DNA of 64,000 nucleotides, taken from assembly GCA_965637545.1 (NCBI GenBank), contig OZ281495.1, positions 13,826,001 to 13,890,000 of the forward strand. Direction: 5' to 3'. Of the stretch, positions 12,001 through 24,000 are shown one piece after another. The notes under the pieces are model-generated. The model searched no databases and was not told where the DNA came from. It was given only the letters and a program-made list of their open reading frames with translations. The stretch is from Phallusia mammillata (taxonomy: Eukaryota). A program made the position numbers and the translations under genes. Numbering within the stretch: position 1 is the first letter of the stretch; each line of letters begins with the position of its first letter.

Positions 12001-15000
12001 AGCCACCGACAACAACAAGCAACGAGGTTGTCACAACTACAACTTCACTCGGAACCACTACACCATCCGAACCAACAACAACTCCATTCTGCATTGTGCG
12101 TAAATTGATTCGTAGTTTTGATAGGATATACTTAAGTATGTATTTTTTAAGTTTATATTTTACTGTTATAGGATGGAACAGTCGTGGTACAGGAAAGTTC
12201 TTGTCAAATTTGTACATGCGTAAGCAACAAGTTTATTTGCGAAACCGTGTGCACACTTACATGTAACAAGGTAACATATTCTCATCTTCAAATGTATCTT
12301 TTGTTACATTAATCCAACCATATATTCTGGTTTGTTTAGGGAATGGAATTGGTTCGTTTGCCAGAAACTTGTTGCTACTGCCGAGCCCAAATCACCACAA
12401 CCACTAAATCATCTACTGCTGTTACAACTACAACCGGAACAAGTGGCGAAACAACCACCACTGGAATGGGCGGTGTGACAACCACCACTGGAATGGCTGG
12501 CGAAACAACCACAACTGGAATGGGCGGTGTGACAACCACCACTGGCATGGCTGGCGAAACAACCACCACTGGAATGGCTGGCGAAACAACCACAACTGGA
12601 ATGGGCGGTGTGACAACCACCACTGGAATGGCTGGCGAAACAACCACCACTGGAATGGGCGGTGTGACAACCACCACTGGCATGGCTGGCGAAACAACCA
12701 CCACTGGAATGGGCGGTGTGACAACCACCACTGGAATGGCTGGCGAAACAACCACAACTGGAATGGGCGGTGTGACAACCACCACTGGAATGGACGGTGT
12801 GACAACCACCACTGGAATGGCTGGCGAAACAACCACAACTGGAATGGGTGGCGTGACAACCACCACAGGAATGGGCGGTGTGACAACCACCACTGGAATG
12901 GCTGGCGAGACCACCACCACCGGAATGGGTGGCGAAACAACCACTACTGGAATGGGTGGGGTGACAACCACCACTGGAATGGCTGGCGAAACAACCACCA
13001 CCGGAATAGGCGGTGTGACAACCACCACTGGAATGGCTGGTGAGACAACCACCACTGGAAAGTCTGGCGAAACAACCACTACTGGAATGACTGGCGAAAC
13101 AACCACAACTGGAATGGGTGGCGAAACAACCACTACTGGAATGGGTGGGGTGACAACCACCACTGGAATGGGTGGCGAAACAACCACCACCGGAATAGGC
13201 GGTGTGACAACCACTACTGAAATGGGTGGTGAGACAACCACCACTGGAAAGTCTGGCGAAACAACCACCACTGGTAAGTCTGGCGAAACAACCACTACTG
13301 GAATAGCTGGCGAAACAACCACCACTGGAAAGTCTGGCGAAACAACCACCACTGGAATGGCTGGCGAGACAACCACCACTGAAATGGCTGGCCAAACAAC
13401 CACCACTGGAATGGGCGGTGTGACAACCACCACTGGAATGGCTGGCGAGACAACCACCACTGGAACGGCTGGCGAAACGACCACCACTGGAACGGCTGGC
13501 GAAACAACCACTACTGGAATGGGTGGTGAGACAACAACAACACCATCTGTTGCTGTAACGTCAACAGGTCCAAGTGTAAGCACAACAACTGAGGTATGGT
13601 TTGCTGTTGGCCCAAAATGCGCAGTAAGTAATGTTAAACAATTTTCTAGGTTGAAAAAACGACAACCACGACGGTAGTAATGACGACCGCCGAAGTCAAC
13701 GAAACCTGTTCTTGGGATTGCAGGTGTTTTGTGACTTGCGAGAACCAAAAAATTCTTGGCCAAGGTGAATTTGTTTGTAAATTATTTTTGAACACTGGTA
13801 GTTTAACATTGTTATTTTGTAGATGAGCTTCCGTCTCGCTGTGGAAATGAAGCTGTTGCTGAATGCGACCTATGCGCTTGCGAGGCCGGTTACATCAAGG
13901 ATCCGAAAACACGCAAATGCATTCAGTACGAAGGTGACTGCGACAGAACCTGTATTTACAACGGAAGATCCTTTAAGGTCGGCGTCTTTTCTATTCAGTT
14001 ATGGTTTAAAATATACTCGATGATGGTTATGGACATTTGTTTGTGTTTCGCAGGAAGGTGAAAAATACTGGAAGGGTGACTGCATGTACTGTCAATGCCT
14101 TGATGGTCAGGAACATTGCGAGAGCGACAAGTGCAGACTGACACAAGAATCGTGCGACGAACTTGGTCAAAGATTTATCGAAATCCCCGGTAATTATACA
14201 AATTTAACGGAAAAAGGACCTATTTTGACTTAAATTAATGAATATCCTATTCTGTCTTGAGTGTAAGTATGATTTGCAGTGGCAAACTGTGTACAAAAAA
14301 CATCATACAATATTGTATTCTCCTTAGGTACTTGCTGCTTCTGCGCGCCGTACAACGTTACATTCACCACAACAGTGCCATCTACCAGTGGTGTTGTCAC
14401 AACCAAATCGACGTATGTGGCCACATCAAGTACCAGTGCAGCTCAAACTGAAAGCACCACCTCCGCCGGTCAAGAAACCACCGAACCATCTTCTCCTGCA
14501 AGCTCAACCACACCAGAAACAACACCCGCATCCAACTGTATTTATGAAGGCATTGACTACAACCGACCCGCTGTAAGTTACAACCAAACTAAAACCATAC
14601 CTAGTAACTAATGGTGTATTATACCAGGGTTCCTAATCGTTTTTTTGCTCCATTTTGAATACGTACCGCCCATTCCTGTATATATATATTTATTTAAACC
14701 ATGCAGACCATACAAAAATGGATCAGAACACTGACCGGCGATTTTTCATGTACCCACTTATTTATTTTCAGCCCAACAATGTATGGGAATCGGAATGTGA
14801 GGTTTGTCGGTGTGAGAACAACACTGCCGATTGCATGAAGGTCTGTCGACTTACACAGGAAACGTGTGCAGAGGGAGAAGTTCTTCAGGATGCGATCGGC
14901 GAATGCTGCAAATGCGTGCCGCAAGGTAACTTCCTTCGAATATTATAACGTAATGCAAAGTATAATGTGAAATAGTTGCATATCAAACTCTAAGCGTATC

Positions 15001-16518
15001 ACTGTTTATAAACTAATCCCCACTATCAATTGTTTTTCGTTCAATTGCAACAAATGCCTTACCATTTAGGTGTGTCCTAAAAACACCAAGTACATGCGTT
15101 TCCTAATTCATTTTGTTTTCAGTTTGCGAATACGAGGGCGAATTTAAGAAGTACGGCGATTCGTGGTCGGTTGATGCTTGTGTCGAATGTACATGCGTTG
15201 ATGCTGCTACTGGTGTGCGATGCACCAATGTTAGAGACACCTGTAATACGGAATGTAATCTTGAGACGCATGAGCTGCAGTATGCAGAAGGCGAATGCTG
15301 CCCAACATGTGGTGAGTAAAACCTTGATGATAATTTAAGACTATTTTTCCAAAGTTGGGCAATTTGTATGCTTAGAGTATAAAACAGTACTTTTACATAA
15401 GTCTGCTCTATTCCAGGATTTAAAATGACTTGCGTTTTGTGTGAATGTAATTTTAGCAAACTTGGTGGTGTGGCAAACTGGCTGCATTTAAGTGGTTGTG
15501 TTGGCTCGTTCAAAATCACGTTTCCTTTTGTCTTTGCATGAACAAAAAAATCCTTTCTGAATATTTGCCATTACATGTTTTCCGATTTATCACAAAAATC
15601 CATTCATTTGTATACAACATAAATTCAAACCGTAGCCGTTTCTTATGAAAACCGTGGGTAATCGCACAATCCGGTTAATTGCATGAAAGACAGGGCAAAT
15701 TGGTTATGCGATTAACTGGAATTACCTTAACATGCACAAGTATAACCTATATTATGATAATTTTGTAGTTGAGCGACCAAGACCGGAACCCAGCTGCGCT
15801 CCAATGGTGATGAAGAGAACAGTTCGCGTGGGCGATTGCGTCAGTGTAGGTGAAGTGCATCTCACCGCTTGCATGGGTCAGTGCAAGTCGAACGTCACAC
15901 TTATGGCCGAAGCTCCGTTTATCCAGGTTTGTGCAACATCGTTTTTTATTTATCGCATCAAGCCACACTGCTTCATATGGAAATTAGAACGGAATACACT
16001 AAAAAAATGAAAAAACAACAACATAAATTGGTAACTTGATTCTTGGTATTTGGCTGCCGTACACAATTTTTAAGTTACACCATAAAAATGATTTAAAATG
16101 ATAATTTTACCCGTATTTCAGTCCTAAAAATAGAATTACACCTTCCATTAGTTGTTAGATAAAGATTACTCTATGTTTGGCATCAACTTTTGATTTAGAA
16201 AAGCCATTATTGCTATAACGATATCGACAGTTGCTTAATTGAGTAGAATTCATATTTATAAGAAGACTTAAAAAGCTTGTGAACCCTTACATCTGATAAA
16301 CATATTACAGTATTATCTAACTTAAACAATTTCACCAGACTAACTGTCACTGCTGCAAACCGGCTGACGTCGAACACCGCAACGTCACTCTGGCCTGTCC
16401 CGACGGTTCCAGATCTGTTCACGTGATCCCCTACATCGCGTCGTGCGCATGCGCGTACTGCGAATATGACCCTTTGACCTCGTTCCGAAACCAATACGCC
16501 CCGGTGGACGAAATCTGA
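1..16518 (+). CDS. Large secreted vWF/gel-forming-mucin/SCO-spondin-like protein, 3' part (5' end lies outside the window); multi-exon
   Basis: About 35 GT-AG exons that splice in frame where checked. Modules: TIL-like ([23 protein letters not shown], 1-88; 3840-4026), many VWC (e.g. [25 protein letters not shown]...KCCPVC), three LDLRa ([23 protein letters not shown] ~1490-1580; ~5620-5815; ~6280-6380), a discoidin-like domain (7214-8030), Thr-rich segments, and a cystine knot (C..MGQCKS 15770-15926 + TNCHCCKP...LACPDGS...IASCAC 16339-16518). Stop TGA at 16516-16518. Confidence 0.9.
2466..3591 (+). repeat. Coding tandem repeat, ~21 x 54 nt (18 aa, [18 protein letters not shown]), mucin domain 1
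   Basis: Unit accacaacaactgttggtggaccagtttccacaacaagtgcagctggacctgaa. It lies inside exon 2442-3597 (ttacag|GAA...ACTG|gtaaga; 1156 nt, phase 0 to 1). One unit lacks 3 nt near 2710 and a diverged patch sits at ~3040-3110. Confidence 0.95.
11170..11640 (+). repeat. Degenerate coding repeat of ~9-aa units (TTTTGMAGE / TTTTPSMGV), mucin domain 2
   Basis: Read directly in ORF 11076..11786; units end alternately in E or V. Confidence 0.85.
12424..13530 (+). repeat. Coding tandem repeat, 41 x 27 nt (TTTTGMGGV / TTTTGMAGE and variants), mucin domain 3
   Basis: 41 nine-residue units counted in ORF 12343..13677; 12424 + 41x27 - 1 = 13530. Confidence 0.95.
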
Positions 16519-17468
16519 GAGGTCAAGACCGACCGATGACCCCTTGATTGACCAGCGGACTCGATTTTACGACCTTGAATACTGCCCGCGCTGTAGCAGC
16601 CTTTGATTAACTTATATTGTAGAATCAGTGTTCTTATATGCCATAGATTTACATTTAATGCTTATAACAAAACATTACACAGAAAACAGGCACTCGCTTG
16701 TTTTTACTCTAAATCATATCTAGCCGCTACAGCGTGTCAATTTGTTCTACTTTTTGTAGTTTCCGGTAGCCTTCAATATTTATCCTTATTATCTATTATC
16801 CCCTTATTCACCAATGTTCGCGTTGAGTAGCAAAAGACATACATAATTTGCACGTTGTTGTTGTTCCACTGTATAACGTACTGATTTGCTTGCACGACTC
16901 GTGTTTCACTTCGCAATTAGTTCCCAAAGTAGCAGAAGAGTTTAAACGTGCATTACCCGCTGTACTTTCGCAAATGGTGACGAACCCCTTTCCGAATATT
17001 GACCATGATTCATTCCACTGTACATAGCACTTTTTATTATCGTAGCTCTTGCATTCATAAAAACCATCCATAGCGCTAAACGGGGCGGTGCCCATTAAAA
17101 AGAAGGCGTGGTTGGTTCCAAAGACGTTCCATGTTGCAGTATATAGTATTCGTCCCTTTGTATATATTCCCCTGATATATATCCAGGTCTAAAGCTGTCC
17201 CAATGCATTTGTGAACTTTTTCATAACACCTCTAATCTATCAAGTGCAATATTCGGTTGATAATGTGTTTTTTGTTGATGTGTTGGCTAACGGACCGCCA
17301 CTTGTGTTGCGAGGTTTACCATCTCGAAGCGAGCGTGTAATATAAGTTTAGCGCTATGTGTACATGCGGGTTGGTTTTGTTTGTATTTCTAGACAGGAAT
17401 ATTTTGATTAATGCTGCACGGATGTCAGATAGCGGTATGGTAAGGGGCAAATACAAAGCACAAAAAAG

Positions 17469-17801
17469 CAGAGTTGTAAGTCGGGCCGGTTCGAGTTCGG
17501 GCTTAGGTTTCTTCAAAACACGGGCCTGATTCTGGCCGGACTTTACACTCGGTGTCAGTATTTTTTTGAATAAATATATTTAGCTAAGTAGCCAGTTGCT
17601 GGACCGGACCTAATAACAAAAAGCCCTAAAACGCCTTGTTAATGACCAATTGTCTATTGTGTTTGTTGTTTTGATCTTTCCTGAGGATTTAATATACAGA
17701 CAAATATATATAACTTATATCAATCAAACTTTCAGGCCTAAACAGGCTTTTGAAAAACGATTCGGGTTCTGGCAACAGTGTTAGGCCCGTTTAGAACTCT
17801 G
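17469..17801. mobile_element. Decayed hAT-like MITE
   Basis: Imperfect TIRs cagagttgtaagtcgggcc and (reverse complement) cagagttctaaacgggcc, with CGGGCC/CGGGCT subterminal motifs. No intact TSD. Confidence 0.5.
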
Positions 17802-18059
17802 TTGTGGCATGATATTTCACCAACTGAAAAAACAATCACATTTCAAAACTGTACAGTTTATTTCACGATTACTAGTAACATCTAGGACATGTATTTACAA
17901 TGTGAAAAAAATGTTCGTCCATAAAAAATAGATCTACAATCGTCTGGTATCAAAATATTTGTCCGAGAAAGTGACAGACAATCCTGAGCTCCAAGATTAG
18001 TATTTTTTGACACATCTGGACGCGAATTCCACAAAGGCACTTTCTTTAAACTATTGACC

Positions 18060-21000
18060 TTAAAACACTGTTTCTTCAAGCCCATCTCCTTGAATGAAAA
18101 AGGAAATTAATTAAAGCCAAGCAGAACTTAAATTTGGTATTTTTTTCTACAATCCAAATCACATTTAAAAAAACACAAAAAACACAAAAAATCAATACAG
18201 GTCTGCCAAATAACTCTTAGTGATCGGGTAGGCATGGTAATTTAAAACGATCGAATGTACAGGGCGGAATTTCGCCTATGTTTTTTACATGTTACGAAAG
18301 ATTTCCGAGGTTTTTAGTTGAATTTAACCCCAAAAAGCGATTGTCAATATAATCACATTGTCTGCTGGAAGCCCCAGACATTTTCTGATTTCTAGTTTAC
18401 ATGCTATTCGTTCTTACCTGTTGGTGGCCGTTGAAATTGTTCCTCCCCTATCACCTTTTGATTGATAGCCTCCCAAATACAACGATGGATAAGAATATAC
18501 TCAGTCTAAATGTCAAGCAGAAGCGTCGTTAGTATATTTCCACATTTATATAACACTCCATTATGTCTCTTAAGTTACCAGTGTTTGAACCATGTAGGGT
18601 CTGTATCTTCTCAAAGCAGCCACAGTCCCAAAAACATCCACTTGTAAACTGTTTGAAAGATTGTCCAACATTCGATCCAGGCAAACAAATACTCCACATC
18701 GTCCAGAACCACTCCTATATACAAAGCGTATCATGGTTTTACTAGTGTGGTTGGCCTGCAGACAGATGGTATAAAACCACTCTTGACAGCGGAATAAAAC
18801 CAAATTGCTTCAAAATGTATCTAGCCCATGTATGTATGTGCATGTGTATAGCTTTGTATTAACTGTACTCCGATGTACAATGGTAGAACCTTTGGGTTAG
18901 GTTTAACTTTTGCTACTGACAGTTATTATTTTGTTTGCAGCTTGACTTACGTGCACATCACTACAATCGGAGTGCTTTTTGCCTTCCTGTTCGCGCGGAC
19001 AGTTTGTACGAAGCGAAGAACAGTTTGTGCGTTGTCCGATTGCTCATGTACAGGCCACGAGACCAACTGGAACTGAGTAAGATGGCGAACTTTGTCGCGC
19101 TGCAAAAAACAAAAATACTCACTCCACTTATGAAATAGTCGATCCAATACAATTGATTAGGAATTGCAAAGCAAAGTAACTTAATGATGTTTCGATAGAA
19201 ATGAACCTGAATCAACCCACCATGGTGATAGAAAACTGCCGGATAACCCAATCTAATTGAGTGTCTTCATGTGTCAACTGCACCGCAAGATTGCCATAGT
19301 ATTCTGTCTGCTTTTTCGGCCAATAGTCACCGTTCTTCTTCTGTAATTTTACATCGAAATTTACACTCTATCAGTTATACCACATGAAAGAAGTCAAGCT
19401 TTATGTAACAGTAAATGGTGGGCTTGATTCGCAAAAACCATAACGTCTCTTGTTGCCTGGTGTACTATGATTCATATACGTGTCTGAAATAATTTCAACA
19501 TTTTCATAGTGGTCGATAGTAATATAAATAGTAATATATAGTAATTTAAACATATTCATAGTGGTCGATATATGACAGCAGCTCACCTTTCCTTCTTCCT
19601 GATTACTACACAACATTACAATAGTCGTAGCTCCAGTTTCCCATATCAACCTCCAGAAATCTTTTCGTGTATGTTCAAGGGGAGTCTGAGTCACCACAAA
19701 CTGTTCAGCGGATTGAGGTCCCTAAACAATAGACACATTACAAGAATCCTACCATTATTTTGCTTGACAATGTTTAGAAATGTACTAAAACATTCCGGAA
19801 CCTAAAATTTGATTCCGTCTTGTTTTCCCTTGATGACAAACTTACCGGTATAAAGCTTGCGTTGATGTAATCTGAACCTTCAATTGCAGGAATGACTTCC
19901 AGTTTTACACGTGAGTGGTCAACTGAAAAAAAAACATACAAATTTTCAAGACAAACGTTTTTCATCTAAAACAGTAGGCACCAGCGTAGCCCTTAGAAAG
20001 TAAGCGTTAAGGGTCAAATGGCGATTGGAGGTGGTAATAGAAAATCAGACAAAGACAAAAAAATATGTCATAAGCCATGATCTGTGCAAGTGATGTGGAC
20101 AAACGTTTGAACAATATCGGCTTGAAAATAGTGGAGGAAAAAATTAAGACCCACTGACATAGCAGTCCATAAACCTAGAGGTTAAAACTTTTTAGAACCC
20201 AAGCCTAAAACTATTGCTAGTCAAGCTCATGCACAGAATATATGCTGTGTTAGAACACACCAATTGAAGTCACACAAAAAACACCCGACAATATACTCAC
20301 ATGGAACAAGTTTCGCGTGTCTGTTCTTGGCTCTGTTGAACTGTTTCTCTGCTGCAAGTGTAGTTCCAGCTACGGGTAAGCCCCTGATGTCGTCAAACTC
20401 TCCGCTGAATCCCTTGTTCTTTTGCAAACTGAGCCGTGTGACGTGGCCGGCGAAATCGGGCTTGAGGACAGGTCTGCGAAAACAAACTTGTCTGGTGTGT
20501 GCGGGCGATGGATGGTCATTCCCGGAAACGCTTCGTCCCGGTGAATTGGTTCTTGAATTAGCCAAAAGCAATAAAGCAGTTTTAAGAAATAAAACCAGGA
20601 AAACTAGCACCCTCCATTAACAGGCAGCTCTACATCACTATTTAACAGATTTTGCGGAAAAAGTTGTATTGGATTTTACTAATGGCAAAAGGATAGGTGC
20701 AAATGTTAAACTATATATTTATGCATGGGAATTCTTTCAACATGTTAGCAGCATGAAAAAAATTCGCCAATCGGCTTTCTACTTGATTTTATTTTGTTAC
20801 AGTGCGGGCATTATGTCGTTTTTTTTAAAAAAGTGGGTACAAAACCACTTTAGCAGCACTGACCTTGCCACCGCCACTTCTGCTACTTTATCGTCGTGCG
20901 AGGGTTCCAGTACGAACGCCATGTTTGAATGAGCTGAGCTCTCCGTGATCGGACCTTTGCATTCCTCAAACGAACCTTCGAGCGGTACCGCTTTACGAGG

Positions 21001-24000
21001 AGAGTTCCCTGACACTGAAACCACGAAGTCCGGATCATCGCTGTCCGATTTGCCTCTTGATCGACGTCTTGGAACAATTAAACTTTCGTAAGTTTGTCAC
21101 ACGCCAGGCCCACAATATGCGTAATACAGTATCAGGCTGTTTGAGCCTTTTCTCTAAGGCTGTCCCGGCAACGTTAGTGAACGTTTGTATTTTTTAAGGA
21201 CGATTTCATTTTTTCCCCCGAGACACCACGTCGACACACGACGATAAATTAGACCAACATAACTTCGGATGGCACCTTAGGTCAGGCCTACATCGGAACC
21301 AGCACTGGCTATTGTACACTATTTCTAAATCCTTAAGACAAAAAAAATTCACTATCCAAAACAGGGATATAAACTGGTCAGCACAAGGGTGTGTAAAACT
21401 TACCTGAGAATGACAACCGATGTAACAAGTATTATGATGAAGGCTCCTACAGCCGCGGCAACTCCAATTATTAAGGTTTGATGCGCTTCAAGAAAACTCG
21501 GACCCGTTCGGAGTTTTTCGGAATAAGGTGTGTCGGTTATAGCGCCGTTGGTGGTCTCAGCACGGTATTTTACTCTAAACAGAAAATAATCAATTTTCTT
21601 CAAATCATTGAAATGGCGAAGCAAGTGAGTTGCCTAATGAATGTTTCACAATGTAAAGCGAAGCTAATCAGTCGCTGTGCGGTTACAGTTAAAAGTTATC
21701 ACTTGCCTGTATTCTGTGTCCGTTTTCAATGGTCCGTTGCAGAAAGGTTTGTTAACTTCCGAGCAAGTTTCGTCATCACCAACCACAAAACTACCGCTCG
21801 GTAAATCTCCCACTGCTCGACGTCTGCGGGTGTTGCCTACGGTTAGAAATAAAAAAAATCTTACAAATGATATTTTGCCAGCACCAAAAATGTTTTTTTA
21901 TATATCTCAGTATAAAATATCAAATGTTTTTGTTACACATACGTCCCTATCAAAGTACATACGTTCCACAACGAGATTACAGGCGATAGTTTGTCGTTCT
22001 GTTATTAACAGCTTGAAAATTAGATAATAACAATAATAACAACAATGCAAAGAACTTGCCTTGTGGTGGGCTAATAACAAAGCCTGTCGCATCTGCACAG
22101 TCTACCGCTGGATTACTTGAGAAAATTACTTTATATGGGGGAGTCGGGTCAAGCACCGATCCTTCATACCAATCTGTCGGTTCTTTCTCCAGATCGGCTA
22201 AATGCAAATTGTAATGTTTAAGGCAAAAATTAACATATTTTCTTCAATAACACAATATTATGAGCTGGTTTACCAACCAAGTTTCATGCGGTATCCAAAT
22301 CCGGTCCGTAAAAAGATTTTAATATACAAACCAAAGTAATCAGTATCCTGAAATAATCACCTAGGTCTATGCGTTATTACTATTTCAGTTGCATTTTCGT
22401 CTGGCTTTATTTAAAGTTGCTACGCCAGTTTTTAAATGTTTCAAAAAATTAAACTTCTAGATAGTTCCCTGGTGTAGCCGAATTTACAGTCCGAAGTGGA
22501 TTCCAAAATGCGCGCTTGTAACATGTATATGGGCAGATACACTTCACAATTTAGGAAATGGCCTCCATTAAGCACTGCGTCGGCACAAAAGCCTAAAACA
22601 CCCTTCAACTGAACTTGAAGAGCGACGAACACAGACTTACATCCGTCCTGCGCCACAATCACACTAATGCTTGCTAGTGGGCCATTAACATCTGAAAACA
22701 CGCAAGGACTCTTCACAGCAAAGGAGGTGGACGGGCTGGTCACTAATGGTTGTCCAGACGGGCCCGATGTAACAGTAGCTGGTCCTGGCAGTAATTCAGG
22801 TACTGGTGCAGCTATAGAAAATAAAAGATAGTCTTTGGTCAGAGTTTGTGCTTGCTATGATTAATGTAGGTCTATGTTTAGAAACAGTGTGAAAATAGTT
22901 GTATTTATCCATCTAGTGTTTTTTTGCATTTAGCCGACAACATAGCTAACGTGAAAAGAATGTATTTTGCCAGCTAATATATATGCAGTTTAAAAGACAT
23001 GTTCAGTACATCAGGGCAACACTGCAAAGGTAGTAAATAAAAAACGGTTACTTAACGAAATAATTGAGGTTCATCCTAAATAGGCATGTGTTTGTGATTG
23101 ATTGCGTTGCTTGCCCCTTATGTTTTTGAATGATTGCACAATAACATGCTCTGCAATCCTTCCAATTTTGTTTGGATACACATAGATCAACGAGACGGTA
23201 AATTAATAATTCGTAACAATGTGTTGCGGGTGTTAGTTAGATTTAATTAGGCAATGATGTTTTATTAAGCACCACGCGACGGTAAACGGTCGCGTAAATA
23301 ATTAATACGGCTTTTAACAAACATGCCTGACCAAAGCGAAGTTGTTATTCGTAACACATTGGTACAAAAAAATCACAATTTTAATATGGTAAAAGCGTTT
23401 CAACTTAAAGGATTTTTGGTTTAAAGGACATTGCTACCAGAAAGGTCACTCTTAACTACCTGTCAACCTAAAACAATAATAAAAAAAATAAAAACGGCAT
23501 CCTGCAAAAAAGTTTGTCACTGTGGCGTTCCTTGGTGATTTTCAGTTAATAATGTCCAGAATAGCACACCTGATATAGGCAGTACGGTAAGATCGGTTGT
23601 CCACAATGACCATGGCCCAGGCCCCACTGCTGTTGAGGCGCGAATTCGAAACGTGTACGATCGGCCACCGAGCAAACCGACCACTGGCCAAGAGTGAACT
23701 TCTTTTGACGTTAGTAGTTGACTGAGGCTCGAACTTGGCACGATTATTTCAGTGACGTCTTGGCTCTAAGATACAGTATTTACAGATTGAAAAACAATTA
23801 AGGCTTACAATTGAAAGAAACTACTAACATTTTTGTTAAATGTTAAGTGCTGTATCTGACATGTTACATTTGCCAGCAGTAATCTGTTGGCAAACTAACA
23901 ACAGAGCGAATTGTTTTCAAAATTATTGGCGTTATTCGTGAAAAACAGTTCTTTAAAAATAGCACTTACGTCCTTTAGTCTGTATTCTATTGTGTATTGG

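Noticed and set aside
2462-13763. Long Val-rich and Trp-rich antisense ORFs (2462-3619, 11027-11719, 12375-13763, 12409-13395 and others)
   Set aside because: Expected reverse-complement artefacts of ACN-rich tandem repeats, with no independent splice or start evidence.
16507-16518. Mucin C-terminus VDEI as a KDEL-like ER retrieval signal
   Set aside because: It deviates at two of four positions, and nothing else suggests ER residence.
19503-19570. 16-bp direct repeat (ttcatagtggtcgata) flanking a 36-bp AT-rich insert
   Set aside because: Most simply a small local slippage duplication in an intron, with no element hallmarks.
22737-22758. tggtcactaatggttgtcca resembles, from memory, part of a Ciona SINE
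   Set aside because: It lies in an open coding exon of the PTP gene (PSGQPLVTSPS), the match is short, and it cannot be verified without a search.
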